IMG/VR virus record: IMGVR_UViG_3300037424_001203
Coordinates: 1 to 48,304 of that record
Length of the DNA stretch: 48,304 bases
Strand: one strand, 5' to 3'
DNA from: a virus
Taxonomy: Duplodnaviria; Caudoviricetes
Shown: positions 26,647-36,477 of the stretch, piece after piece
Numbering within the stretch: the stretch's first letter is position 1
Layout: every line of letters starts with the position of its first letter
Program-made: the position numbers and the translations under genes
The notes under the pieces: model-generated
Seen by the model: the letters and a program-made list of their open reading frames with translations, nothing else
Databases searched by the model: none
Told to the model about the DNA's origin: nothing

Positions 26647-26907
26647 TTACGACAGCACCGCCGCGGCGAGGCTGACAGCGTCGCCGGAGGCCGACGCGAC
26701 GCCGTGAATCGTCGTCACGTAGCCGGTCGTGTATTGCACGAACACGATGTCGCCGACTTTCATGCCGCGCGACACGCCGTCCGAGAAATAGCTGGCGCCT
26801 TCGACGGTGGTGCGGGCGTCGCCCGACTGATAGCTCCAGATCGCCGGCTGACCGCCGATCGAGGGCACCATCAGCACCGGGACGGCCACTGCGGTATCGT
26901 AAGCCAT
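26647..26907 (-). CDS. Small capsid-associated (decoration-like) protein
   Basis: Follows the capsid gene; YF...GMKVGDIVFV motif; AGGTG RBS. Confidence 0.7.
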   Translation of the reverse strand: MAYDTAVAVPVLMVPSIGGQPAIWSYQSGDARTTVEGASYFSDGVSRGMKVGDIVFVQYTTGYVTTIHGVASASGDAVSLAAAVLS

Positions 26908-26983
26908 ATTTCACCTTTCGATTGGCAAAGGGACGGCCGCGGGCCGAGCGGTCCGCCGCCGTCCTATTTGCGGTTGTTTGCCG

Positions 26984-27823
26984 TTACGACAGCAGGAACG
27001 CCGAGCCGTCGTGCTTCATCTGCACGATGCCGGTGTTCTGCAGTTTCTTGGAGCCCATGAAGACGCTGGCGCGGCACCACGAGTAATCCTGCTCCTCGTC
27101 GTAGCCGATCGGCGCCTGAATGCCGGCCTTGTCCACCGCGTGGCCGATAGAGTTGCGGTGGAACAGGTAGCACTTCTCGGTCGCCGTCTGAGCGCCGGTC
27201 AGGTTCGGATGTTCGATCCAGTTGACGCCGAACCAGCGCAGCATCTTGCGGGTCGCGCCGGAGAACATGGCGACATCGACATATTCCTTCGAGGCGAACT
27301 CCTTGAGCTGCATCAGATAGGCCATGAAGCCCGGCGTGATGACGCCGAAGACGTTGTCCATCTCCTCGGTCGGCACTTCGGCGTAGCCGAGCGCGGCCTT
27401 GGCCTTGGCCACCATCGCCACCGACGCCGTCGCCGACGTACCGCTGTCGATCGTCGCGGTGTCGAGCTGGGCGATGATGTCGCCGTCGATCTTGCGGTTG
27501 ACCACCGACATGGTGGTCATCTGCATGATCTTGGACTGGTTGCCCTGCGACGCGAAGATGTTGAAACGCGTCTTGCGAACCAGGTCGTGCCATTCGGCGA
27601 GCGTCGCCGACAGCTGGGTGTTGTCGTCGGCGCGCGCGGGAATCAACCCGTTGACGCCGCGGGTGACGGCGGACGCGCCGCCGGAGCCGGCCACCAGGAA
27701 GGTCGCCGTGTTGCCGTTCACCACCGCCTCGTTGACGGTGCAGGAAGAAAGCAGCGAACGCCGCTCCTCGAAAGCCGCGATGAACTCGTCGCGGTATTGG
27801 GTTTTGAATGCCGTTTCACTCAC
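26984..27823 (-). CDS. Major capsid protein
   Basis: GTG start with GGAGG RBS; downstream of scaffold; NRKIDGDII; highly biased codons. Confidence 0.88.
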   Translation of the reverse strand: MSETAFKTQYRDEFIAAFEERRSLLSSCTVNEAVVNGNTATFLVAGSGGASAVTRGVNGLIPARADDNTQLSATLAEWHDLVRKTRFNIFASQGNQSKIMQMTTMSVVNRKIDGDIIAQLDTATIDSGTSATASVAMVAKAKAALGYAEVPTEEMDNVFGVITPGFMAYLMQLKEFASKEYVDVAMFSGATRKMLRWFGVNWIEHPNLTGAQTATEKCYLFHRNSIGHAVDKAGIQAPIGYDEEQDYSWCRASVFMGSKKLQNTGIVQMKHDGSAFLLS

Positions 27824-28033
27824 GACAGACCTCCGATGTTGTTCGGGGACTGCCTCGTCTCAGGGTGTCCGCGGGCGGGCGCGCCGGGGTGTCCGCTCGA
27901 CGTCAAGTCGAACGGGGCCGGTCACGCGCCCCGAGGGGCTTCGAGTTGGCGGATGGGATGCGCCGCAAGCATGCCGGGGCCGCGCGAGGCGGGATGTCCG
28001 GCGCTTGAAGCGCTTAAAAGAAAGCCGCTGGCC
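27824..28033 (-). ncRNA. Structured 5' leader of the capsid gene (putative cis-regulatory RNA)
   Basis: 210-bp non-coding gap with nested stems and three copies of a CC / ACAYC internal-loop motif. Confidence 0.55.
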
Positions 28034-29029
28034 TTAGCCGTTGCGCGCCTTCATCTTGGCCTGGGCGTCGACCAGGTCGCGATATTCGGCGCGGACCTTT
28101 TCGTCACCCCAGTATTTCTTATGGTCGGGCGAGCCGCTCGGCGCGCCCATCCAGCCCTTGATTTCGGCAATGCGGTCGGCGGCCAGCTTGCCGGCGTCGC
28201 CGGCGCCGGCCGGCACCAGCGCCGACAGCGGGCTGACCTCGCGCGACAGCGCGGCCAGCGCCTTCACGAAAACCGGATTGTCGCCGAGCATGCGCCCGTC
28301 GGGCGTGCGCGCGACCAGAAGATCGGCCGAGATCTCCTTCGGGAAATATTGCCCGACGAAGGAATTGACCATGTTGATCTCGCGCCGCGTGTTGGCGCCG
28401 AATTCCTTGCCGAGCGCGGCGACGTTCTCGTCGTGATAGCGCGCGTCGTCGTCGGCCTGCTGGGCCTTTTGCGCGTCCTGGAGCTCGTAATATTTCGCGA
28501 CCAGGCCGCTAAACGCCGCCGGCGGCACATTGCCGTCGAATGCCGCCTTGGCGAATTCCGCCACCACCGGCTTGTCGGCCGCACCGATCACGACGCCATC
28601 GGGCAGCGCCAGCTTTTCGACGTAAACCTCGGGCTTGTCCGGCAGGCCGTTTTCGGCGCGCCAGGCGGCCTTTTCCTCGGCCGTCGCGCCCTCTGGCAGC
28701 GTTTTCTTCAGCTCGCCCGACGACAGCTTGCGGCGCAGCTCCTTGTTCTGCTTCCACAGATCGGCCGGCGAGCCGAGCCGCGTCAGCGTCTTGAGATCGT
28801 CCTTGTCGGCGCCGGCAAGCTTCTCGCGCCAATCGGCCGCCCAATCGCCGGCAGGTTCCGGCTTCGGATCGGCGGCAGGATTGCCGGCCGGGTCCTTCGG
28901 CGCGGGCGCCGGGTCCGGCTTCGGAGCAGCCTTTGGATCGGGCGCGGGATCCGGCTTCGGATCGGCGGCAGGCGCGGGTGCCGGATCGGCGACGGGAGCC
29001 GGCGCCGGCGCAGGATCTGCATCGGTCAT
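28034..29029 (-). CDS. Capsid scaffolding protein
   Basis: Pro/Ala/Asp-rich N-terminus, DWRE, GLPDKPEVY; between portal and capsid. Confidence 0.82.
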   Translation of the reverse strand: MTDADPAPAPAPVADPAPAPAADPKPDPAPDPKAAPKPDPAPAPKDPAGNPAADPKPEPAGDWAADWREKLAGADKDDLKTLTRLGSPADLWKQNKELRRKLSSGELKKTLPEGATAEEKAAWRAENGLPDKPEVYVEKLALPDGVVIGAADKPVVAEFAKAAFDGNVPPAAFSGLVAKYYELQDAQKAQQADDDARYHDENVAALGKEFGANTRREINMVNSFVGQYFPKEISADLLVARTPDGRMLGDNPVFVKALAALSREVSPLSALVPAGAGDAGKLAADRIAEIKGWMGAPSGSPDHKKYWGDEKVRAEYRDLVDAQAKMKARNG

Positions 29030-29066
29030 AATAACCTCATACTGTTGGAATGACGCGCCGGGCCGC

Positions 29067-29351
29067 TCAGCCCGTCATGCGCGACGGCGTGGTCAGTTTT
29101 GTCATCTTGACGATCTGCTGACCGACGAATGCGCGGCCGCAGGCGAAATCGGTGGCGCGCCCGCCTTCGACGCCGCCCGGCCGGAACGGCTGGTCGTAGG
29201 TTCCCGCCGCGTGATAGACGATCCAGTCGAGCGCGGCCTTTTGCTGCCCTTCATTGGCGTTGCCGGCCGCCAGCGCCTTGATCGCCGCCAATACGGAATC
29301 GTCGTAAGGCGCGGGACGCCACGGATCGGCCGAGCGCTTTTGTTTTGTCAT
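29067..29351 (-). CDS. Bbp19-like small head protein
   Basis: TDFACGRAFVGQQI motif; position after portal. Confidence 0.7.
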   Translation of the reverse strand: MTKQKRSADPWRPAPYDDSVLAAIKALAAGNANEGQQKAALDWIVYHAAGTYDQPFRPGGVEGGRATDFACGRAFVGQQIVKMTKLTTPSRMTG

Positions 29352-31024
29352 GTGGCGGCGCCATCGCCCTGGGCCGCGTTAAGCGCCTGGCCCGCGTCGC
29401 CGACCTGCTGCGCCACCTGCGCGCCCTGCGCGACCGCGGCCGCGGCCTGCTCCATTTGCATGCGTTCGGCGTCGGCCTGGCGCGCCTTGTCGGCATCGTC
29501 CTTCGGCACGATCCACTTGGCCGGCGCGCCGGCGCCCGGCAGCGCGTCGCGGAACGCCGCCACGACGTCGAAATCGTTTTTCACCGTCGGATCGAGCGCG
29601 GCGGCCTCGGCCAGCAGTTGCGCCGATTGGGTGAAAGCCTGCGCCTTGGCGCGGTCGTTGGCGGCTTGCAGCGGCGACTCGAACTGCCAGCGGATATCCT
29701 GACCGCGCAGCTCGCGCGGCATGTCCGCGAGCGAGCCGAACGCGCCGAGATCCATGCAGAGCTCGAACGTCTCCTCGCACAGGCCGCCGTTATATTCGAT
29801 TTCCATCGGCTCGAAGAGCGGCAGCGCGCGCCGGATGTATTCCTCGAACCGGATTTGCATCTCGTATTTGGTGCGCTCGGTGGCGTCGTTCATCGACGGC
29901 AGGAAGATCACGTCGAGGAAAAACGCCTCGCGAATCAGCGCCTCGATCTTCTGCTCGCGCTCGACGCCGGCGTTGAGATTGTAGCGGCCGGTGTCGAGCA
30001 GCGGCTCGATCGCCGAACCCAGCCGCTCGTCGTATTCGGCGTCGATCCAGGTGACGCCGCCGGCGTACCAGTTGACGCCGCCCTGCACCGCCTCGCGCGT
30101 CGCCTTGAGCGGCGGGTCGACCGCCTTTTGCCCGGCCTCGAGCAAGGTCAGCGTCATCTGCTGGACCAGCTGGGCCTCCGGCAGCGACACGATCGTGGCC
30201 GGCGAATAGGCGTATTGCGAGCCCGAGACCGTCACCCAGCGCGGAATGACGTAGCCGAGACGCTTGCGCGGCATCTCCTCGAGCATCGTGTCGTTGTCGA
30301 TGTCGATGTAGAGCGACACGAAGGGATGCCGCTTGCGGCCGCGCGTCTCGGCCGGCAGGTCGTAAGCGTCGGCCGGCAGCACGACGTGGCGGCATTTGAT
30401 TTTCTTGTAAGGCTCCCTGTCCGCGATGGCGGTGACCTGGCGAGCGGCGGTGTTAGGAAACAGCTTGACGTAGTCGCGCGCCTTGATGTCCCAATCGCGG
30501 TGGAACTCGTCGATGACCAGCTCGGAATTTTCCGACCAGACGCAATCGCGCAAATGCCAGTTGCGATAGAGCGCGCCGTCGGCGTCGCGGTTCGGCTCGA
30601 CCTGAATGACGGTCTGGCCGAAGGCGGCGAAATCGTTGTCGCCCTGCTTGGTGGCGCGCACGAACTGCGCGCGCTGATCGTACATCACGCGCCGCATGAC
30701 GTCGGATTTGTGATCAAGCCAGGCCAGCGGCCGGATGTCGTTGTTGAGATCCTCGCGGTCGGTGCGCGCCTTGAACCAGGTCGAGCCGCGCGGCCGCAGA
30801 ATTGACGACAGCGCGTTGCCGAGATCGCGGTGCGCCAGAACCGGCCGGCCGGTCATCAAATGGGAGGCAAATTCCTCTCCGAGATAGCGCGAGGTCGTAA
30901 AATCGGCCCGGATCGGATAAAACTGCTCGGCGAAGGTCTGCCACAACGGCAGCAGCGGGCGGCGTTCCTCGAACAGCTTGTCGCCTTGCGCGATGATTTC
31001 CTTGACGCGCGACGACGTTGCCAT
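29348..31024 (-). CDS. Portal (head-to-tail connector) protein
   Basis: 558 aa; PRW...YAYSP, KAVDPP, ERTKYEM, FESPL motifs. Confidence 0.92.
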   Translation of the reverse strand: MATSSRVKEIIAQGDKLFEERRPLLPLWQTFAEQFYPIRADFTTSRYLGEEFASHLMTGRPVLAHRDLGNALSSILRPRGSTWFKARTDREDLNNDIRPLAWLDHKSDVMRRVMYDQRAQFVRATKQGDNDFAAFGQTVIQVEPNRDADGALYRNWHLRDCVWSENSELVIDEFHRDWDIKARDYVKLFPNTAARQVTAIADREPYKKIKCRHVVLPADAYDLPAETRGRKRHPFVSLYIDIDNDTMLEEMPRKRLGYVIPRWVTVSGSQYAYSPATIVSLPEAQLVQQMTLTLLEAGQKAVDPPLKATREAVQGGVNWYAGGVTWIDAEYDERLGSAIEPLLDTGRYNLNAGVEREQKIEALIREAFFLDVIFLPSMNDATERTKYEMQIRFEEYIRRALPLFEPMEIEYNGGLCEETFELCMDLGAFGSLADMPRELRGQDIRWQFESPLQAANDRAKAQAFTQSAQLLAEAAALDPTVKNDFDVVAAFRDALPGAGAPAKWIVPKDDADKARQADAERMQMEQAAAAVAQGAQVAQQVGDAGQALNAAQGDGAAT

Positions 31025-31032
31025 CGGCGCGG

Positions 31033-31245
31033 CTAACCCAGCTGCTGTTTGCTGTAATTGCCGCCGCCGCGATCCTGCGGCGCCGTTAAAATCGTCGACG
31101 CGCGGCCGCCGCGGCGCGCCACATCCGCCTGCGCCTTGCGGCGCGCTTCCAACACATCGGGCGATTGCGCGTCGGGCATCGTGGCGACCGGCGCCGGCGT
31201 CGGCGCGGTCACGGCCGCGGCTTTCGGTTTCAAAAGGTTGGTCAT
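31033..31245 (-). CDS. Small pre-portal virion protein
   Basis: RRGGRASTILT...LG end typical of podovirus pre-portal genes. Confidence 0.7.
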   Translation of the reverse strand: MTNLLKPKAAAVTAPTPAPVATMPDAQSPDVLEARRKAQADVARRGGRASTILTAPQDRGGGNYSKQQLG

Positions 31246-31448
31246 CAGCGCCTCGCTTTCAGGTCCGCGTAATCGAGATTGGCGGCGGCGTCCGGCGGGT
31301 CGCCGGCGCCGGCGTACTTCGCCTCGTGATAGGCCTCGAGCGAATCGAACTCCTGCGGCGGCCGCAGCGGCCGCAGGACGCTCAATTGCCGCCGCCGGGC
31401 CAGTACGTCGCGGTAGGCGGTGACCGGTGGATCGTCCGACATCGCCAC
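31245..31448 (-). CDS. Hypothetical protein
   Basis: GAGG RBS, coupled to the next gene. Confidence 0.5.
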   Translation of the reverse strand: MAMSDDPPVTAYRDVLARRRQLSVLRPLRPPQEFDSLEAYHEAKYAGAGDPPDAAANLDYADLKARR

Positions 31449-31532
31449 ACCTCACGATGGCTCGCCGCCGGCGCGCCGAATGAGGCGTCGCCAGCGGGCC
31501 GCAAGCCGCTTCGCGCCGATCGGGCGTTAGCG

Positions 31533-32498
31533 TTAGCTGTTGACGTCGATCGCCGGCAGCACGACGCCCGACAGCGAGTCGGTCGAGGTCGACAGGTTGT
31601 CGAACAGGCCACAGCCGAGCCCGTCGATGCCGAGATCGTGCGTCGAGGTGACGTCGGCATGGCGGACGCGGTTATGCGCGATGATGCCGGAATTGGTCGA
31701 CCCGTCGTTCGAGATCAACAACTCGCCGGCCGTCATCGCGTGCTGCAGCAGGTTCCAGGTCACTTCAAGGCCGGTGATCACATCGCCCGAGGCGACGTCG
31801 ATCAGCTCGCCGGCGGTGCTGCCCGGAATGATGATCGTGTTGCGGTTGACCCGCATCACCTCGCAGTTGCCGGTGTGCGCGACCAGGTGGGTACAGGCGG
31901 CATCGGGGCTGAGCCAGTAGTTGTCCTCGACGGTCAGGCCGTCGCAGACGTTGTCGGTGGCGCTGCCCGAGGTGATGATGGCCAGGAAATTCTCGTCGGC
32001 CGCGGCGTCGGAAAACCGGCAGCCGAGCAGATGGAAGCCCTTGGCGTCGAGATTGAAACAGGTCGCCACATCGGCCGCGCCGGCCTGGAATTCCAGGTTC
32101 TGCAGCACGGTGTCGGCGCCGGTGACCGCGATCGTCGTGACCGCGCTCTCGAGCGTGAACAGCGGCCGCTGCTTGCCGGCGCCGAGGCCGATCACCGTCA
32201 CGCCGGCGATGTCGATCGTCAGCGCGCCGGCGCCGGTCAGCGCCTCGCTATGGTTCGGCATGACGACGACGACGTCGCCGCGGCTGGCTTCGACCATGTC
32301 GTTGGCGAAGATCTCGGCCAGCGTCCCGACCGCTTCCTCCGGCGACACGCCGGACGCCGCGTCGACGTTCGAGTCGACGTAGAAGGTCCGGCCGCGGCTG
32401 GCGAAGCCAAAGCCGCCGAGCGGCCGGTCGTTATGGTAAAGCTGGCCGGTCGCCGGGTCGATCTGCAGAAGGCGGCCGTGAATGGAAGTGCGGGTCAT
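31533..32498 (-). CDS. Right-handed beta-helix (pectin-lyase-like) protein, putative spike or appendage
   Basis: FYVDSN...GDVVVVMPNH...GVTVIGLG plus Asn-ladder repeats. Confidence 0.72.
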   Translation of the reverse strand: MTRTSIHGRLLQIDPATGQLYHNDRPLGGFGFASRGRTFYVDSNVDAASGVSPEEAVGTLAEIFANDMVEASRGDVVVVMPNHSEALTGAGALTIDIAGVTVIGLGAGKQRPLFTLESAVTTIAVTGADTVLQNLEFQAGAADVATCFNLDAKGFHLLGCRFSDAAADENFLAIITSGSATDNVCDGLTVEDNYWLSPDAACTHLVAHTGNCEVMRVNRNTIIIPGSTAGELIDVASGDVITGLEVTWNLLQHAMTAGELLISNDGSTNSGIIAHNRVRHADVTSTHDLGIDGLGCGLFDNLSTSTDSLSGVVLPAIDVNS

Positions 32499-33016
32499 GG
32501 TGGTCTCCTATGCGTGCTGTTGCTGTTGCTAGCGGAGAGCGCCGAAGGCCGCTCGGCGGGCGGTTTCGACGCATCCATGAGCAGCTGTTTGGCTTCGTTT
32601 AAGCCGATCAGCCGGCCGTAGAGCGGCGACGAAAGCTTGCGGGCGACGTGGGCGGCGAGCGTGCGGCGCATGTTGCGCTCGCTCCGCCAGCGGCCGCGGT
32701 TGTTTGCGCACAACACGCCGAATTCGGCGACGTGGGCCGGGATTTCCTCGGCCAGGCGGAAAGTCGGATCGGCGATGTAGCGATGCCACCATTGCCGCAC
32801 CGCGTCTTCGCCCCGGGCGGTGCCGTGGATCGCCGCGCCGAGCTGCCGGCGGCCGTGCACCTTCTCGTGTGCGACCAGTTCGGGCGGCACGTCGACGCCG
32901 GCCGGGTTGAAGATCGTCTCGCCCCAGGCAAACAGGATCGCTTTGCCGCGCACGTTGAACGCCGCGTCGATCTCCTCGATCATCGGCGGATAAGCTTGCA
33001 CGATACGCATCGGCAT
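32495..33016 (-). CDS. Putative zincin metallopeptidase-like protein
   Basis: AHEKVH (HExxH) then a downstream EEIPAH Glu. Confidence 0.65.
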   Translation of the reverse strand: MPMRIVQAYPPMIEEIDAAFNVRGKAILFAWGETIFNPAGVDVPPELVAHEKVHGRRQLGAAIHGTARGEDAVRQWWHRYIADPTFRLAEEIPAHVAEFGVLCANNRGRWRSERNMRRTLAAHVARKLSSPLYGRLIGLNEAKQLLMDASKPPAERPSALSASNSNSTHRRPP

Positions 33017-33026
33017 CAGTTCGGCA

Positions 33027-33332
33027 TCAGTGCGGCAGCCAAGGGCGGCCGGCCGGCGTCAGCCGCGCGTGAAACTTCTCGATCAACCGGTCGACGGCCT
33101 CGCGCACGAAGGCCTCGCCGTTGCCGCAGACTTCCGCCGCGACCTGGCGCGGCCGGCTGCCGTTGCGGTCGACGATCATCACCTCGATCCCATATTCCGT
33201 CTGGCCGCATTCGAAGCGCAGGCCTTCGCGCATGATCGCGATGGCCTTGGCCCACTTGTCGGCCGGGCGTTCGATGGCGAGCGGCGACATCGTGCCGTCC
33301 GCCATGATCCGGAAAAACGGGATAACCGCCAT
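33027..33332 (-). CDS. Hypothetical protein
   Basis: Coupled to the upstream gene. Confidence 0.6.
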   Translation of the reverse strand: MAVIPFFRIMADGTMSPLAIERPADKWAKAIAIMREGLRFECGQTEYGIEVMIVDRNGSRPRQVAAEVCGNGEAFVREAVDRLIEKFHARLTPAGRPWLPH

Positions 33333-33736
33333 CAGACTTCCGCCGTCAGACGCTTCTTGCAGACCAGGATGATCGAATAGGTGTCGCCGGCGGTGTGCCC
33401 GACCGTCGTGAACTTGATGTCGCCGGTCTTGCCGGTCCCGGCGTTGTTGCGGATCTTGCCCGGCTCGATCTTGCGGAAATTGAATTTGCCGTGCTGATCG
33501 GGCGGCACCAGCCAGGCCACCACGTCGGCGGTCGCGCCGAACAGAATTTGCACCGACATGCCGGCGGTCGCGTAGATGATTTCGACCAGATCCAATTCGG
33601 CCGCCGCCGGCGATAGCGCCGACACGTCAACCTTGGTCACCGCCGCCTCGCCGGTGCCGTCCGAGACATTGGTGAACTTGGCGACGTAATCGCTCGCCGA
33701 CTCGTAAAGTACCTGCGTCGTTACCGCGTCAGCCAT
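33332..33736 (-). CDS. Putative small beta-sandwich virion protein
   Basis: KFTNVSDGTGE..V.KVDVSAL...TGDIKFTT motif; AAGGA RBS. Confidence 0.72.
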   Translation of the reverse strand: MADAVTTQVLYESASDYVAKFTNVSDGTGEAAVTKVDVSALSPAAAELDLVEIIYATAGMSVQILFGATADVVAWLVPPDQHGKFNFRKIEPGKIRNNAGTGKTGDIKFTTVGHTAGDTYSIILVCKKRLTAEV

Positions 33737-33757
33737 GATGCCGGTCCTTTTGCGTGT

Positions 33758-35332
33758 TTAACGATGGCGCTTGAGCCGCGCGTAACCGAGGTTCGCCGTC
33801 GTTTGTTGTCCACGGTTGACGGTGCGCAGCAGCTCGCGCGCGATCGCCTTGTTGCCTTCCGACAGGCACATCGTCACCGCGTCGCCCTTGTCCGGCGAGC
33901 GGCCGATCAGCTTTTTAATCTCGTCCTTGTCCTGGATCAGAATGCCGCGCGTCGTCAGCGTCCAGTGATACGACGCCAAATCGGCGGCCAGCTCGGGATC
34001 CGGCGGCAGCGCGATCGCCGAGCCGCCTTCCTGCGTCGGGTCGAGTTCCTCGCGAAACTTCCAGATCGACTCGGCGCGCTTGTTGGCGAACCGCAGCTTG
34101 CCGTCGCGGGTGCGCGCCGTGCTCGCAACGACGCCGTTGAAGGCGACAACGACGATGCCGTTGTCCTTCATCGCGATGACGGCGTCGCCGCCCCAGCCGC
34201 CGCCCATGTCGACCACGACCGGGCAATTGTCGTAGCGCAGCCTGACCACTTCGCCGGCGGTGGTGCGTCCGGTCTTGTCGACCTCGCGCTTGGCGTCGAG
34301 CGGCCCGTACCAGCCGCCATAACGAAACGCGATCACGCGCTGGTCGCCGCCGCCCGGCGCGACGTCGACCGCCATCGCCGACATGGCGCAGTCTTTCGGC
34401 GGCGCCGGCGTCCAACGCTGCTGCGCCGCCTCGATCCAGGCGCTCGGAATGACCTGATAGTCGCCGTCCTTCAACCCGACGGTGAAGTCGCCGTCGCGGT
34501 AAACGCGCCGCAGCTCCTCCGGCAGGCCTTCGAGGTTCGACGCGTAATCGGTGCGCGCCAGATCCGGATTGTCCGACAAGCGCGACCGGATGAAGGTGCG
34601 CGAGCGCGCCCGCACCTGGCCGCGGCCGTCGAGCGCGTGCGGTCCCGGCCCGTCGACCTCGACCTCAGCGCCGTCGACGGTCAGATACCAGCGCAACTCG
34701 CCGTCTTTGGCCGGGTTGGGGTGCTTGGGATCGAGCCAAGCCGCCCAGCGTTTGACGATCCATTGACCCTCGGCCGTCGTCGGCCCATTGGTCGCGCCGA
34801 CGATGCGGCAGCGCTGGCCGGGATCGGTCGAGCGGTTCCAGGTGTTGATGAAAACGTATTGCGACTCGAGGAAGTCGGCGAGCTCGTCGTAGCCGATGAA
34901 ATCGCGCGCGCGGCCCTTGAAGCGTTGCTTGTCGCGTTCCTGCTCGCAGCCCCGCAGGTCGATCTGTTGCGGCACACCGTCCTGGCGCGTGCCTTTCCAG
35001 GTCGGCGGGTGCGAACGATAGCCCGCGTTCGTGCCGAGGATCTCGACCAGGCGGTCGCCGAGTTCGGCGGCGTCCTGGTTGATCCGGCGCAGAATGCGGC
35101 CGCGCTGATGCTCGTTGAGCGCCAAACCGACCAGCAGGTCGCTTTTGCCGCCGCCGGCCTCGCCGCCATAGAGCAGCTCGTCGGCCTCGCAGAAATAGGC
35201 CGCGGTCTGCGGCCCGACATTGGGCACCCAGCGCAAGCCGCCGGTGACCGCGAGCGCGTCCTTGGCAAGCTGCTCGCGCTCCGGCTCCGGCAGCGCCTGG
35301 ACGCTGGCAAAGAGCTGATCGAGCGCGCTCAA
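33758..35332 (-). CDS. terL: Terminase large subunit
   Basis: Walker A YGGEAGGGKS, Walker B FIGYDE, GATN, nuclease AVDVA...SPDKGDA. Confidence 0.95.
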   Translation of the reverse strand: MSALDQLFASVQALPEPEREQLAKDALAVTGGLRWVPNVGPQTAAYFCEADELLYGGEAGGGKSDLLVGLALNEHQRGRILRRINQDAAELGDRLVEILGTNAGYRSHPPTWKGTRQDGVPQQIDLRGCEQERDKQRFKGRARDFIGYDELADFLESQYVFINTWNRSTDPGQRCRIVGATNGPTTAEGQWIVKRWAAWLDPKHPNPAKDGELRWYLTVDGAEVEVDGPGPHALDGRGQVRARSRTFIRSRLSDNPDLARTDYASNLEGLPEELRRVYRDGDFTVGLKDGDYQVIPSAWIEAAQQRWTPAPPKDCAMSAMAVDVAPGGGDQRVIAFRYGGWYGPLDAKREVDKTGRTTAGEVVRLRYDNCPVVVDMGGGWGGDAVIAMKDNGIVVVAFNGVVASTARTRDGKLRFANKRAESIWKFREELDPTQEGGSAIALPPDPELAADLASYHWTLTTRGILIQDKDEIKKLIGRSPDKGDAVTMCLSEGNKAIARELLRTVNRGQQTTANLGYARLKRHR

Positions 35333-35337
35333 TCCCG

Positions 35338-35826
35338 TCAGGCGGTCGAACCGCCCTCCGTGGTCCCGGCGGCGGCGGCGGCCGCGAGCTTAGGCTTACG
35401 CGCGTCGATTTCGGCCTGCAGCCGTTCCAGGCTCCAGCGATGATCGACGTCGATCTCGTACAGCGCCGCCGCGTTCAGCAGCTCCTGCGGCAGCCGGTCG
35501 GCCGCCGGCAGCGAACCGCCGGGCTGGGCGTCGACGTCGCCATCGAGCGGATGCGGCGGTTCGGGCGCCGCCGACAATTTCAATGCCGTCTCGTCATCGC
35601 CGATGCCTGCGGCGAAAGCCGCGACACGGGCCGCGACGGGCAACGAAAAGGCCGGCGCCGCCTGCGGCGTTACCAAATCCTTGATCTCGTCCAGCCGCGC
35701 CGCCAGCTCAAGCAGCGCCTTGTGCGTCGCCGGCATCGTCTGTTCCGAATAGCCGGTATCGGTGCCGGCTTTGAGAATCGTCGCGACGGCCTCACTCGCA
35801 GTTGTCGACATAATGGCATCCTCCAA
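35338..35826 (-). CDS. Hypothetical protein between terS and terL
   Basis: ORF fills the gap; true start may be the ATG near 35811. Confidence 0.6.
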   Translation of the reverse strand: MEDAIMSTTASEAVATILKAGTDTGYSEQTMPATHKALLELAARLDEIKDLVTPQAAPAFSLPVAARVAAFAAGIGDDETALKLSAAPEPPHPLDGDVDAQPGGSLPAADRLPQELLNAAALYEIDVDHRWSLERLQAEIDARKPKLAAAAAAGTTEGGSTA

Positions 35827-35829
35827 ATA

Positions 35830-36477
35830 CTAGGAACGCTTCGCTTTCGGTTTGGCGGCCTTGCCAGCCGCCGGCTCGGTGGCGCCGCCGGCGCGCCGCG
35901 CGCCGAGCTCGACCGCGAAGGCGATACGGCGCATCAGTTCGGTTTCCGTGACGTCGCCCGCTTGCTTGCCGTCGCGATCGGCGCCGCCGGCGGCAGCGGC
36001 ATCGCCGCCGTCCTTGCCGCCCTTGAAACCGCCGAGCTGGCGGATGATGTCGACGAGCGGCCCGCGCTTGTCGTGGATCTCGAATTTGACGCGCTTGACC
36101 TCGCGCGCATCGTCGCCTTTGCCGTCGGTGTAGTGCTCGACGGTCACAGACCGCAGCGCCGCGGCGTCGACCGCGTCGAGCGAATGAACATCGCCGGTAA
36201 AGGCCAGGTCCTGCATTCGCTGCACATTGGCAAAGCCGAGCTTGGCCAACTCGGCCACGCAATCGACGATCTGCACCGTCGTACGCTCGGCCGCCTCGCT
36301 GTTGATCTCGCGAATTCGGGCGTCGACGTCGGGCCGGGCGCGCAACCGCGACGCGCTCGCCTCGGCCGCCTTGGGCGCGCACTTAAAGCCGGCCTCGAGA
36401 TAGGCGTCGGCCTGCTTGCGGCCGCCGGCGAGGAGCTGCGCAAAGCGCTCGTGTCGGGTGCCCTTCAGCGGCGCCAT
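35830..36477 (-). CDS. terS: Terminase small subunit
   Basis: RHERFAQ...AYLEAGF...ASRL...ELAKLGFAN...KFEIHDK. Confidence 0.88.
   Translation of the reverse strand: MAPLKGTRHERFAQLLAGGRKQADAYLEAGFKCAPKAAEASASRLRARPDVDARIREINSEAAERTTVQIVDCVAELAKLGFANVQRMQDLAFTGDVHSLDAVDAAALRSVTVEHYTDGKGDDAREVKRVKFEIHDKRGPLVDIIRQLGGFKGGKDGGDAAAAGGADRDGKQAGDVTETELMRRIAFAVELGARRAGGATEPAAGKAAKPKAKRS

Noticed and set aside
28850-29029. Pro-Ala/DPKP repeats
   Set aside because: Ordinary low-complexity N-terminus of podovirus scaffolding proteins
26978-29053. Long + strand ORFs opposite the structural genes (also 6235-7866, 19475-21361, 30978-32621, 33764-35443)
   Set aside because: Typical high-GC antisense shadows with no motifs; the minus-strand genes have clear identities
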